A DNA stretch of 63,835 bases, counting the filler, from Chiloscyllium plagiosum (lineage: Eukaryota), in NCBI RefSeq assembly GCF_004010195.1. It is 4 parts of one record of this genome, joined end to end, with 100 filler letters (N's around TTAATTAATTAA, not from the genome) between each part and the next. Parts side by side here need not be neighbours in the genome. Positions count along the whole stretch, not along the records: positions 18,120 to 49,358 come from NC_057716.1; positions 49,459 to 60,064 come from NC_057716.1; 2 more parts are not named here. One strand, 5' to 3'. The notes under the pieces are model-generated. The model did no database searches. It was not told the DNA's origin and saw only the letters and a program-made list of their open reading frames with translations. Every line of letters begins with the position of its first letter. Position 1 is the first letter of the stretch. The position numbers and the translations under genes are program-made. Of the stretch, positions 38,851 through 52,097 are shown in pieces.

Positions 38851-39479
38851 AAAATAAATTTGAAAATTGCCTGCTACTATCCAGTTTGGAGAGAATGTGA
38901 AAGCAGATTCAGAAATACACAAAGGCACCATGTTTTGGTAGTTGTTTGTACAGAAACAAATAGAGGGAAAGGAAAATCGATTGGTAACAGCAAGATCTGG
39001 AAGACTCTCTTCCTGTTTCCTTCTCATCATCTCAAAAAGTCGGTTTTAGTAATAAATCAAATAGGTAAAACATCCATTCATTGAAAACTCAAGGATTCTA
39101 CAGATTTCAAGACATATTAAACAGCCATGATCTCAGGTACAACTATAACAACTCAAGAGCTATAAGAATTTCTTAAAATGCATTTTTAAAAAATCTTTCT
39201 AGTAGTAGAACTCTCCCCTTTTTTAACCTTATACTTGTGTTTGTGTTTCATGCTGCATTTATTAATTTTTTTGAGGTTAGCAAGTAATAAAACTTCTCAT
39301 TCCTTCACGCAGTAGAAACTTGAAATTGGCTTAAATTGATCAGTACTAACTTTTAGCTAAAGGCTAATATAGTTTTGTGTTGCAAATAATTAAAACTCCC
39401 AGGCATTGCGGTTCACCCCTCCTCACTATACCTAGGTTTAGGTATACAAAAGAATAAGGTACAATTAAAGGTGGAGCTA

Positions 39480-40290
39480 TTCAATTGAAAGATGATTTCA
39501 GTGAGTTGAAAAGTAATCTTCCCCAGCTAGATAGGATCAATTGGTTGATAAAACATTACATGGGAAGCCTGCAAGGAGCATGTAGTTTGGATTCAGACTA
39601 GATCTATTTGCATGTGGGGAAAGGAAGAGAGTCCAAAGTTAAAGCTCCTAAGATGACTCAAGAATATAGATATCTAGAGTTGGACCTTTACAAATCATTG
39701 AAGGTGGTAGTGTATGTTGAGAGGGACCTAAAAATGCCATCCAGGATCTCTGGATTTATAAATAAAGTATGAAAGCAATTATATTTTCTCAAATCTTTAT
39801 GAAACACTGAGCTGCAGCACTGTGACATTTCTAATTATCACACTTTAGAGAAAGTATCAAAACCTTGAAGAGTCTCCAGAATGGTACCATGAATGAAAAC
39901 TTTCTGTTCAAAATATGGAGAAGCTAAGGTTGTTCTCAATAAAACAGAGAATTACACAGATTTGAAAGAGCTGATCAAAGTGATAAGGGTTTCAATTGTA
40001 TGAATGAAGAGAAATTGTTCCTAGCGATACATGACAGTTAATGAATGGACATAGATATAAGGTAGTTGACAAAATAAATGGGGGTGACTTTAGGAAAACA
40101 AAATGTAGTGGGTGGTTATGATCTGGAGGACATTCCCTCAAATGGTGATAGAGGCAGATTCAATGATATTTAGTTGAATATTTGAATTAGAAAAAAAAAT
40201 ACTCCAGTTACTGAGAAAATGTAGGGTAGTGGAACTTAATTGTAATGAGTCAGCATGGGCATAATGTTTTGAATGGCCTTGTTCTATGTT
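39480..40290 (+). mobile_element. Highly decayed CR1
   Basis: Patchy similarity to the CR1 ORF2 3' part and UTR (gaatggccttgttctatg). Confidence 0.5.
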
Positions 40291-41894
40291 ATACCATCAT
40301 AAGATACATCAGGGAGAATTTAATGCTTTCCCCTGAGGTGAGTTTAAGATGGGAGGAAGAGAAGGAAATTGGGTTGGAAGATGTGGGGTGAATACCCTGC
40401 TGATTTCCTGTCTTTGCCCTGATTAAACTGGGTGGGAGCCTTCTTGCCCTGATGCCAAGTGAAGCCACTAAGTAGGTAGTAACACCCACTTACAGTCCAG
40501 ACTGCAACTGCTGTCATTCAACCAATAGCACAAGGGAGCAATTGCCACACAGAATGTCTGAGAAGCAAACTCTGTCAGGTTCACTTGTGTGGTGGTGGTG
40601 GAGGAGGAGGAGTCCCCCATTGTTAGTTACTCACTGTGACAAGTACAAACCCCTGACATTTCTTCCAAACTCCCGACAACCCTCTCTCTCAACAGTGAGT
40701 GATTCCCACCCAGCAATCCCCATTTGGTCCTCTTTCTCATCTGAGACATGGGTCTCTTGCTGATTCTGGACCTCTTGGATATATTGCCAGCAGCTAACAC
40801 CACATTCACAGTGCTGCTACCTGCAATGGAGAGCTGCCAGTCTCTGATCAGCCAAGAACTCTTCAGGGTACCTGATCACAATGAAAGCCTTCCAATGGCC
40901 ACTTACACAACGAAGAGTCATTTGATATGGTGGCCTTTCTCAAAGAAGGTATTGCAGGTCGATGGCTCTTCAGCTTGCAAGTAAAACTCCCACCACCTGA
41001 ACTGAATGCACTCTTTTGTAGGAAATAGATAGGTTGCTGAAGGAGATGGAATGGATGGTAAGGTGAGTGGTGAAAAGAGGAAAGGCAGAAAGCAGTTAAA
41101 TGTCAGAGATACTGAAGAGGGGAGCGGAATTGTCTGGACAACAATGAAGGAGGGAGGGATGAATGCCAATGAAGAGGAAAGAAATGCAGGCAAAGGGGTA
41201 ATATTGATCCTGTCCTTAATGGGCCAACCTTTCAATAGTAAAAGTTTTATGTAACATGTAAGAGCAAAGCATTTTATTTAAATATATGGATGATGGCTAT
41301 GAAAATATATGTGTATGGTATAGATATTAATAAATAATTAAATAATTCACATACTATGTAAGTTTTTTTCTCTTTCATTGAGATGCAATTTTTCCTGGTC
41401 TGGCCTGGCCTACATGTGACTCCAGACCAACAGCAATATGGTTAACTCTTAACTGGCCTCGGGCCAATTTGGCATGGGCAATAAATGCTAGCATACCCAA
41501 TGGTGCCCACATCCTGTGAATGAATAAAAAGAATCTAACTAATAAACATCTCTCGATTTGAGTCTAAATTTAGCATCAATTGTTGTTTGCACAAGATAGT
41601 TTCAAACTTCTACATCAGTTGCATGAATAAATACTTCCTAATTTCAGGCCTGAAAGATTTGGCACTGCTTTTTGAACCATATCTATGAAAGATGTAACCT
41701 TCTAGCCTGCTAGTTTAACAGGTTATGCTAAAGTTTGGACATGAAAAAATGAAGTGGAAAAAATAATGAACTCAAATGTTTTTATTAGGTATAAACAATA
41801 CAATATACCATTTAATAAAATACCAATGATTCACAAAATTTAAAATAATGAATTAAATATATCATCATATAGCGAGTAGTCAACTTCTTGCTGA

Positions 41895-42500
41895 TCATAC
41901 CCTTTCCAGAGCATCCACATCCTTATGGTAGTGTGGTGACCAGAACTGTATGCAATATTCCAAGTGTGGCCTAACTGATGTTCTATAAAGCTGCAGCATA
42001 ACTTGTCTATCCTCACACTCAATGCCCTTTCCAGTGAAGGCAAACATGTCATAGTCCTTTTTAACTACCTTATCTACCTGCACTACTATCTTCAGTGATC
42101 TGTGGACCTGCACATCCAGATCCCTTTGCATATTAATACTCCTAAGAGTTCTGCCAATCATGTATAATTTCCACCTGTACTTGACCTTCCAAAATGCATC
42201 ATCTCACATTTGTCCGGATTAAACTTCATCTGCCATTTTCTGCCCATGCCTCCAACTGATCTATACCTATTTGCAACTCTACCAATCATTTTATCGTCCT
42301 CGAACTTACTAATTAGACCAGCTATGCTTTTCTCCAAATCATTTATGTAGGTCATGAACAGCAGAGGTCCCAGCATAGATCCCTGTGGAACAACACCAAT
42401 CCTGGCCCTCTAATCCGAAAAGCATCCTACCATCGCTACCCTCTGTCTCCATTGACGAAGCCAGTTCTGTATCCTTCTTGCCAGCTCATCCCTAATACTG
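41895..42500 (-). mobile_element. CR1 RT fragment
   Basis: MLGPLLFMTYINDL, VRPHLEYCIQFWSP. Confidence 0.9.
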
Positions 42501-42975
42501 TTCTTCCAGCTTGCACTGAGCTTCACTGGAGCACTGTACCAAGTCTGAGACAGAGGATGTTGGCCAAGGGATAGGATTGTGTGTTGAAGAGGCAGGCAGC
42601 TGGAAGCTCAGAGCCTTTTTTGCCAACAGAGTATAGGTATTCTGCAATGTAGTTACCTAGTCTATGTATGATTGTCCATTTAAACTTGTAAGTTCATCCC
42701 ACATGGATGTGGCAAATACCGTAAAGATACTAATCATTAATGAACAGTTGAGGGCTATAACACTAATCCTGGAGGGATATCACTAGTCCTATCTTAATTA
42801 TAATACCGGTATTTTATTCTAGATTATGCTGCTCAATGTCCTAAGTGGGGCAATCATTTGCTTCAAATGCCATACTGAGCTTGAACTTTGGTCTTCAGTA
42901 TGTAAGATCCTGTATCTCATACTCTCATGAGGGACTTTATCAAAAGCCTTCAGAAAGACCAAATAACTGCTGACA

Positions 42976-43164
42976 GGGAATTCACTCCAGGAGGAAGTGA
43001 GGACTGCAAATGCTGGAGATCAGAGTTGAGGGTGTGGTGCTGGAAAAGCGCAGCAGGTCAGTCTGCACCCAAGGAGCAGGAGAATCGACATTTTGGGCAT
43101 AAGCCCTTCATCAGGAATGAGGCTTGTGAGCCAAGGGGGTAGAGAGATAAATGGGAATTCACTC
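42976..43164 (-). mobile_element. PLE terminus with 12-bp TSD
   Basis: gggaattcactc at 42976-42987 and 43153-43164; hammerhead-like core on the minus strand at about 43083-43118. Confidence 0.8.
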
Positions 43165-43189
43165 TGTTGCTCAATGTCTTAAGAGATTT

Positions 43190-43685
43190 TTTAGAATTAG
43201 CTCATAGGACATGAATGTCCCTGCCTGACCAGCATTTATTGCCCACTCCTAGTTGTCCTTGAGAAGGTGGTAGTTAGCTGCCTTCTTCAACTGTTGGAGT
43301 TTATGTGCTGTTGGTAGACCCACAATGTTATTAAGAAGGGAATTCTAGGAATTTGACCCAGTGACAATGAAGCAAAGGTGATATATGTCCAAGTCATGAT
43401 GGTGATTGGCTTGGAGAGGAACTTGCAGGTGGTGGTGTATGCATCTATTTGGTGCCTTTGTCCTTCTAAATAGATGTGGTCATTGGTATGGAAGCTGCTG
43501 TCTCAGGATCTTTGGCAAATTTCTACAGTGCACCTTGGAGATAGTACACACTGCTGCTACTGAGCATCACTGATAGTGGGACTGGATATTTGTGGTCGCC
43601 AATCAAGTGGATTGCTTTGTTGAGGGTGTTGTTGGAACTGCAGTCGCCCAGGCAAAATGGGGAATATTCCATCACATTCCTGAGA
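43190..43685 (-). mobile_element. LINE 3' fragment sharing its tail with the DeuSINE-like SINE
   Basis: Terminal ccagcatttattgccca matches the SINE tails (e.g. 1561-1577), but the sequence continues into unrelated LINE-like DNA. Confidence 0.55.
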
Positions 43686-43952
43686 AAGCAGGTCCCTGCA
43701 CAAATACAAGAACAAAAGGAAAGCAAATTAATTTCCCAATGCCCAGCACTCGCTGGGCCATGAAGGGCTCCAGAATAAGCTATTTTCCAATGGACCTGTT
43801 TGAAGATGTCATTATGCAGGTGGGGCTTGAAGCTGGTTCCTCTAGATTCAGAGGTGGAGGCATTACCGCTGCACCACATGAGCCGTTCAAATTTCACCAT
43901 CCGCCATGGATGGGATTTAACCTAGTGCTCCCCAGAAAATGAGTTCTGAAGA

Positions 43953-46900
43953 CAGGATTCTGGATAATCCAAGATGGAGGACGGGAAACATTTCTGGCTG
44001 TAACAGCAGCTCCTTCTTTGAGGTATTTTAGGTGTTGGAGGTGATTTCCTCGAATTCCAGGAGCAACAATTATTGTTTTATATGCTGTTGCATTGTTTTG
44101 TCACTTTGGAGAAAAAAAAACTCAAAACAACAGCAGTTTTAAAAGGGAGAAGAACAAAGGAAGTACATTGTGAGGTCAGTGCATGAGAGAGCGTGAGAAA
44201 GAAACCCACATTGCCTTTGCTGTTGAATTCATGTATCACTGGACATCGGAGTGGATCTCGGAAAATTTAAAAAAAGTGAAATTCACAACTGACCTTGGAG
44301 GAACCTGTTTGGGAAAGGTCACAGCACAGAGGCAGATAAGTGGATTTGAAGTGCTGCCTTAAAATAAGTCTGTAGCAGTGAGTAGAGTGGGTTCTTTCTT
44401 GATTAAATGTTTTACTGAGCTATGTCTCTTGATTAAACTTAAAATATAAGCCATACATATTAATTTAACCTGGAGCAGTGTTTATTAGAGGAATAAGACA
44501 GTGCTATTTTCTGGGTCTGTAGATTGAAAGAAGCAAAAATGACCCTTAGTGGAGTGATATGCTCTTCTTGTCGGATGTGGGAGTTTAAGGGGGGTTTACG
44601 GGTTACTGAGGATTATAAATGCCATTCGTTGCAAATCCTATCAGATCGAATAGATTGGTTGGAGGGGCAGTTAGAGGCAATGAGGAATTTACAAGAGCAT
44701 GGGGATGTGATGGATGGCAGTTATAGGAAGGGGGGAGTGTCTCAGACATGGTCACACAGATGGGTTAACTCCAGGAAAGGTAAGAGAGGTAGGCTGGTAT
44801 TACAGGAGTCTTCTGTGGCTATCCCCATTTCAAACAAGTATGGTGTTTTGGAAAATGTAGGGGATGATGGACACTCAGCAATACGTAGCACAAACAGCCA
44901 AATTTCTGGTATTGAGACTGGCTCTGATGTACATCGGGTTGCAAGCGATCAATTGTGTTAGGGGACTCTACAGTCCAAGGACAGACAGATGTTTCTGCAG
45001 CCAGCAGCGAAAAATCAGAATGGTGTGTTGCTTCCCTGGTACCAGGATGAAGGATATCTCAGAGAGGGTGCAGAATGTTCTCAAGGGGGAGAGGGATCAG
45101 CAGGAGGTCATTGTCCACATTGGAACCAATGACATAGGAAGGGAAAAGGTTGAGATTCTGAAGGAAGATTACAGAGAGTTAGGTAGGAATTTTAAAAAAG
45201 AGGTCCTGATAGTAGTAATATCTGGATTACTCCCGGTGCTACAAGCTAGTGAGGGCAGATGAGTACATGGCTGAGGAGCTGGTGTACAGGAGAAGGATTC
45301 ACATTTTTGGATCAATGGAAGCTGTTTTGGGATAGAAGTGACTTGTACAAGAAGGACGGATTGCACCTAAATTGGAAGGGAACTAAAATACTGGCAGGGA
45401 GATTTGCTAGAGCTGATCGGGAGGATTTAAACTATTAAGGTTGGGGAATGGGACCCAGGGACATAGTGAGGAAAGATTTCAATCTGAGACTGGTACAGTT
45501 GAGAACAAAGGTGAGTCAAACAATCCGGGCAGGCAGGGAAAAAGCAGAGAACAAGGTAGGACTGATAAATTAAACTGCATTTATTTCAATGCAGGAGGCC
45601 TAACAGGGAAGGTAGATGAACTCAAGGCATGGTTAGGAACATGGGACTGGGATATCACAGCAATTACAAAAATGTGGCTCAGGGATGGACATGACTGGCA
45701 GCTTAATGTTCCAGGATACAAATGCTAAAGGAAGGACAGAAAGGGAGGCAAGAGAGATGGCGGAGTAGCCTTATTGATAAGGGATAGCATTACAGCTGTA
45801 CTTAGGAAGGATATTCCTGGAAATACATTCAGGGAAGTTATTTGGGTGGAACTGAGAAATAAGAAAGGGATGATCACCCTATTGGGATTGTATTATAAAC
45901 CCCCTAAACGTCAGAGGGAAATTGAGAAACAAACTTGTAAGGAGATCTCAGTTATCTGTAAGAATAATAGGGTGGTTATAGTAGGGGATTTTAACTTTCC
46001 AGACATAGACTGGGACTGCCATAGTGTTAAGTGTTTAGATGGAGAGGAATCTGTTAAGTGTGTACAAGACAACTTTCTGATTCAGTATGTGGATGAACCT
46101 ACTAGAGAAGGTGCAACACTTGACCGACTCTTGGGAAAAAGGCAGGGCAGGTGACTGAGGTGTCAGTGGGGGAGCACTTTGGGGCCAGCGACCATAATTC
46201 TATTAGTTTTAAAATAGTGATGGAAAAGGATTGACCAGATCTAAAAGTTGAAGTTCTAAATTGGAGAAAGGCTAATTTTGACGGTATTAGGCAAGAACTT
46301 TTAAAAGCTGATTGGATGCAGATGTTCGCAGGTAAAGGGATGGCTGGAAAATGGGAAGCTTTCAGGAATGAGATTACGAGAGCCCAGAGAAAGTTTATTC
46401 CTGTTAGGGTGAAAGGAAAGGCAGGTAGGTATAGGGAATGCTGGATGACTAAAGAAATTGAATGTTTGTTTAAGAAAAAGAAGGAAGTATATGTCAGGTA
46501 TAGACATGGTAGATCGAGTGAATCCTTAGAAGAGTATAAAGGAAGTAGGAGTATACTTAAGAGAGAAATCAGGAGGGCATAAGGGGGACATGAGGGGGCA
46601 AATAGAGTCAAGGAGAATCCAAAGGGTTTTTGCAAATATATTAAGGACAAAAGGGTAAATAGGGAGAGAATAGAGCCCCTCAAAGTTCAGCAAGGTGGCC
46701 TTTGTACGGAGCCGCAGGAGATGTGGCAAATACTAAACGAATATTTTGCATCAATATTTATTGTGGAAAAGGACATGGAAGATATAGAATGTAGGGAAAT
46801 AGACGATGACATCTTGAAAAATATCCATATTACACAGGAGGAAGTGCTGGATGTCTTGAAATGCATAATAGTGAATAAATCGCCAGGACCTGATCAGATG

Positions 46901-48443
46901 TACCCTCGAACTCTATGGGAAGCTAGAGAAGTGATTGCTGGGCCTCTTACTGAGATATTTGTATCTGCGGTAATCACAGGTGAGGTGCTGGAAGGCTGGA
47001 GGGTGGCTAACGTGCTGCCACTGTTTAAGAAAGGTGTTAAGATCAAGCCAGGGAACTATAGACCCGTGAGCCTGACGTCGGTGGTGGGCAAGTTGTTGGA
47101 GGGAATCCTGAGGGACAGGATGTAAATGTATTTGGAAAGGCAAGGACTGATTAGGGATAGTCAACATGGCTTTATGTGTGGGAAATCATGTCTCACAAAC
47201 TTGAGTGTTTTGAAGAAGTAACAAAGAGGATAGATGAGGGCAGAGCAGTAGATATGGTGTACATGGATTTCAGTAAGGCGTTCAACAAGGTTCCCCATGG
47301 GAGACCAGTGAGCAAGGTTAGATCTCATGGAATACAGGGAGAACTCACTAATTTGGATACGAAACTATCTCAAAGGTAGGAGACTGAGGGTGGTGGTGGA
47401 AGTTTGCTTTTCGGGCTGGAGGCTTCTGACCATTGGAGTGCCACAGTGGAGTGCTGGGTCCACTACTTTTCATCATTTATATAAATGATTTGGATGTGAG
47501 CATAAGAGATATCATTAGTAAGTTTGCAGATTACACCAAAATTGGAGGGAGGTGTAGTGGACAGCGAAGAAGGTTACCTCAGATTACAACAGGATCTTGA
47601 TCAGATGGGCCAATGGGCTGAGAAGTGGCAGATGGAGTTTAATTTAGATAAATGTGAGGTGCTGCAGTTTGGCAAAGCAAATCCTAGCAGGACTTATACA
47701 GTTAATAGTAAGGTCCTTGGGAGTGTTGCTGAACAAAGAGACCTTAGAGTGTCGGTTCATAGCTTCTTGAAAGTGGAGTTGCAGGTAAATAGGATAGTGA
47801 AGAAGGCGTTTGATTAGATTAGATTACTTATGGTATGCTTTCCTTCATTGGTCAGAATATTGAGTACAGGAGTTGGGAGGTCATGTTGCGGCTCTCTAGG
47901 ACATTGGTTAGGCCATTGTTGGAATATTGCGTGCAATTCTGGTCTCCTTCGTATTGGAAAGATGTTGTGAAACTTGAAAGGATTCAGAAAAGATTTACAA
48001 GGATGTTGTCAGGGTTGGAGGATTTGAGCTATAGGGAGAGGCTGGGGCTGTTTTCCCTGGCGCATGAGGGGGCTGAGGGGTGACTTTATAGAGGTTTATA
48101 AAATCATGAGGGGCATGGATAGGATAAATAGACAAGGACTTTTCCCTGGGATTGGGTTGTCCAGAACTAGAGGGCATAGGTTTAGGGTGAGAGGGGAAAG
48201 ATATAAAAGAGACCTAAGGGGCAATGTTTTCATGCAAAGGTATGGGATGAGCTGCCAGAGGAAGTGGTGGAGGCTGGTACAGTTGCAACATTTAAGAGGC
48301 ATTTACTTGGGTATATGAATAGGAAATGTTTAATGGATATGGGCCATGCTAGCAGGTGGGATTAGATTGGTTTGGGATATGTCGTCAGCATGGACGGTTG
48401 GACCGAAGGGTCTGTTTTTGTGCTGTTCATCTCTATGACTCTA
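43953..48443 (+). mobile_element. Full-length (about 4.5 kb) CR1 LINE, ORFs disrupted
   Basis: 5' UTR; ORF1 with CxxC/coiled coil (ICSSCRMWEF...LEGQLEAM) and SGNH esterase motif (VIVHIGTNDI); ORF2 endonuclease (CIYFNA, GDFNFPDIDW, SDHN) and RT; tail ctctatgactct. Confidence 0.95.
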
Positions 48444-48577
48444 AGAGTCCTACCAGACTCAAATAGTTGTTTCTTCCTCACTGTGATGGCAGGGTTCCTT
48501 CCAGCAATTTCTGTTTTTGGTTTCCCACAACATTAACCTCAGGTTAGAATTAGGGTTCTGAATCACTAGACTAATGA

Positions 48578-48720
48578 CAAAGTTAAAAATCACACACCAG
48601 GTTATAGTCCAAAAGGTTTAATTGGAAGCACACTAGCTTTCCTTTAAGCCTGTTGGACTATAACCTGGTGTTGTGTGATTTTTAACTTTGGACACCCCAG
48701 TCCAACACCGGCATCTCCGA
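48578..48720. repeat. Fold-back of family B PLE termini
   Basis: caaagttaaaaatcacacaccaggttatagtccaa ... ttggactataacctggtgttgtgtgatttttaactttg. Confidence 0.75.
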
Positions 48721-48809
48721 ATCATTGTCTAATGACAGTATGACATCTCAGTCCAGCAGCCGGTTCCCAAGCTCTGGAATACACACACATACACACAGAG
48801 ACTGAGTGC

Positions 48810-49358
48810 TCAACTAGGCGCATGTGCGCCAACAAATGGTCAACTTTCCATCCAACTCTGACTGAGCGATTGTATAATTTCTTTTATATTTTAAATTTCG
48901 CTTTAACCCGAGACGCAACTCTACCCGTGTGTGGTTGGATTTTATTTTTCTTCCCTCTTTATTTCAAACGTATTTGTTTTTTGGGGGTGGGGAGGCGGTG
49001 ATGGTTGCTGGGGTGAAAGGTCGTTACCCAGGCTGCCCGCTCTCTTTGGCGCGAGTATTTTTCTTTCCCGCGGGTTCGCGCGAGCGGCTTGTCTCGGGCA
49101 GTGCGGAGTGTTCGCGAACATTCCTTCAGGCGACAGCGGGAGGCGGTGACGGTGGCTTCAGCGACCGATCGTCCTTACGGACTGTACGAGGCGTGCGATG
49201 TCTGGATAGAGGAGGCCAGCTAGGCGGTGAGTGTGTGCTCGAGAGAGGGAGACCGTTCTGTCCGCACCCCTTCCCCGCCGTATCCTCTACCCCGGCCGTG
49301 GCCTTCTTCTCCCCCTCCCCCCACAAACACCCCGGCCCTGGCCTCTTTCTTCTCTCCC
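48810..49358 (+). promoter_or_regulatory. CpG-island promoter and probable non-coding first exon (donor at 49227); possibly RIF1
   Basis: Dense CpG; E2F sites TTTGGCGC (49045-49052) and TTTCCCGC (49064-49071); NRF1-like GCGCATGTGCGC (48818-48829); GCG|GTGAGT donor. Gene identity rests on synteny only. Confidence 0.75.
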
Positions 49359-49458
49359 NNNNNNNNNNNNNNNNNNNNNNNNNNNNNNNNNNNNNNNNNN
49401 NNTTAATTAATTAANNNNNNNNNNNNNNNNNNNNNNNNNNNNNNNNNNNNNNNNNNNN

Positions 49459-49636
49459 TTCCACCTATCACATTTCCAATGCCCCTCCCCCAAGTCCCTC
49501 CTCCCTATCTTTTATCTTAGCCTGCTTGGCACACTCTCCTCATTCCAGAAGAAGGGCTCATGCCCGAAACATTGATTCTCCTGCTCCTTGGATGCTGCCT
49601 GACCTGCTGCGCTTTTCCGGCAACACATTTTCAGCT
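49459..49636 (+). mobile_element. PLE terminal repeat, family A
   Basis: Near-identical to 55655-55835 and 18280-18460. Confidence 0.8.
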
Positions 49637-50759
49637 ATATGCTCAATGAGCCATGATTAACAATAACAACAATCTTGTCTCTCAGAGCATTTAAATTTGA
49701 ACAAGACTCGACAGGACAAATGTAGGAAAGATGTTCCCAAAGATCAGGGAGTCCATAACCAGGGGTTAGAGTCTAAAGATACAAGTTAGGCCATTTAGCA
49801 CTGAGTTGACGAGTAATGTCTTCAGCGCCTGTGGAATCCTCTGCTACAGAAAGTGATTGAAGCCAAAACATTGACTTTGTTCAAGAAGGATTTGGATATT
49901 GTTCTTAACAGCATACTGAGTTGGATGATCAGCAAAACCCATTGAATGATGGAGCTGGTTTGAAGAGCTGAAAAGCATGCTCTTCTACAGCATTGACACA
50001 GGCCATTTGGCCCAACATATCTATGCCGACCAACAAACACCAAATCTCACTATTCCCATTTACCTGGGCTTGGTCCATAATGTGCTATGCCCTGGCCCCA
50101 TTTTAAGTGCTCATCCAGATGCTCTTTAAATGTTGCAAGAGTACGTACCTCCATCACCCTCTCAGGAAGTACATTCCATATTTCTACCATCCTCTGGGTG
50201 AATCCACCTTTCCTACGATCTCCTCGAAACCATTTATTCCTCTGGCCTTAAACATGTCTGTTATGTTTCTACAAACAAAATGTTGTTGTAATTAATAGCT
50301 GCTGGAGAAAGTGGGTGCTGTCAGTTTTGGAGTCAAAGTAGAGACCAAGAAGGATGAGAAAATACTGCAGTCAAAAATCAGACAAGATCTTGTTTTTGTT
50401 GCCTTGACAAAGGCAGCCTTGGTATAGGCTTACACATTAACATTGCCACAGAGCATTTATGAAAATATACAATAAGAGTGGTAATATGCAAACCTACAAT
50501 CTCATTCTTCTTCAGTTTTCTGCTCTAAGGTAGGCCCAGTCCATCGCACCAAAACCTCCAGGGCAAGGAAACTGGGCCAGGATCCATACCAGAGGAACAG
50601 AAATAAAATCTTATGCTACTGACACTTATCTGATCCACACTGGCCCTTTAGCCCACTTACTGGTTAACTTAGTTTATGTTGCAGTGATTGTTCACATAAA
50701 CCCAACATCTTATTCTGAACCTCCCCTTTATTCTTATGCACTTGTTGGATTTGCACAGT

Positions 50760-51485
50760 ATAGACAATGGACAATAGGTGCAGGAGTAGGCCATTCTGCC
50801 CTTCGAGCCTGCACCACCATTCATTATGATCATGGCTGATCATCCTTAATCAGTATCCTGTTCCTGCCTTATCTCCATAACCCTTGATTCCACTATCCTT
50901 GAGAGCTCTATCCAACTCTTTCTTAATTAAATCCAGAGACTGGGCCTCCACTGGCCTCTGGGGCAGAGCATTCCACACAGCCACCACTCTCTGGGTGAAG
51001 AAGTTTCTCTCATCTCTGTCCTAAATGGTCTACCCCGTATTTTTAAGCTGTGTCCTCTGGTTCAGCACTCACCCATCAGCGGAAACATGTTTCCTGCCTC
51101 CAGAATGTCCAATCCTTTAATAATCTTATACGTCTCAATCAGATCCCCTCAGTCTTCTAAACTCAAGGGTATACAAGCCCAGTAGCTCCAATCTTTCCAG
51201 GAATTGACCTCGTGAACTTACGCTGCACTCCCTCAATAGCCAGAACATCTTTCCTCAAATTTGGAAACCAGAACTGCACACAGTACTCCAGGTGTGGTTT
51301 CACCAGGGGCCTGTACAGCTGCAGAAGAATCTCTTTGCTTCTATACTCAATCCCTCTTGTTATGAAGGCCAGCATGCTATTAGCCTTCTTCACTACCTGC
51401 TGTACCTGCATGCTTACCTTCATTGACTGGTGTACAAGAACACCCAGATCTCTATGTACTGCCCCTTTACCTAAATTGATTCCAC
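50760..51485 (-). mobile_element. CR1 3' fragment
   Basis: KKANSMLAFITRGIEYRSKE...PHLEYCVQFW. Confidence 0.9.
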
Positions 51486-51739
51486 AGCTACAGCTCATTG
51501 AGCACACTACAGAGATTTGGGACTGTTGGTGAGGTTACTTTTCAGTACCCTTTTAATAAATTTTAGTTGCACTTTTTCAATGCACCCTTGAAAGAAAGGG
51601 GACTTGACCCCAGGCCTTCTGGCTCAGAGGCAGGGACATTACCACTATGCCAACGGAGTTCTTTTAACAAAATAATGCAATGATAATCAAATCTTTTGCA
51701 CAGTCAGGTGGCAGGTTAAGCTGTTATGTTAATGTTAGA

Positions 51740-52097
51740 AATCACATAACACCAGATTATAGTCCAACAGGTTTATTTGGAAGCACTAGCTTTCATAGCA
51801 CAGCTCCTTCATCAGGAGAGGGCATAGATGAGAGGGGAAAGATATAAAAGGGACCTAAGGGGCAACTTTTTCACGCAGAGGGTGGTTCGTGTATGGAATG
51901 AGCTGCCAGAGGAAGTGGTAGAGGCTGTTACAATTACAACATTTAAAAGGCATCTGGATGAGTTTATGAATAGGAAGGGTTTGGGCCGGGTACTGGCAGG
52001 TAGGACTAAATTGGGTTGGGATATCTTGTTGGCCTGGACGGGTTGGATCGAAGGGTCTGCTTGCATGCTGTATATCGCTATGACTCTATGACTCTAA
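51740..52097. mobile_element. Family B PLE terminus (-) abutting a CR1 3' end (+, 51817-52097)
   Basis: Reverse complement cctgatgaaggagctgtgctatgaaagctag, then RGNFFTQRVVRVWNELP and the tail atgactctatgactct. Confidence 0.8.
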
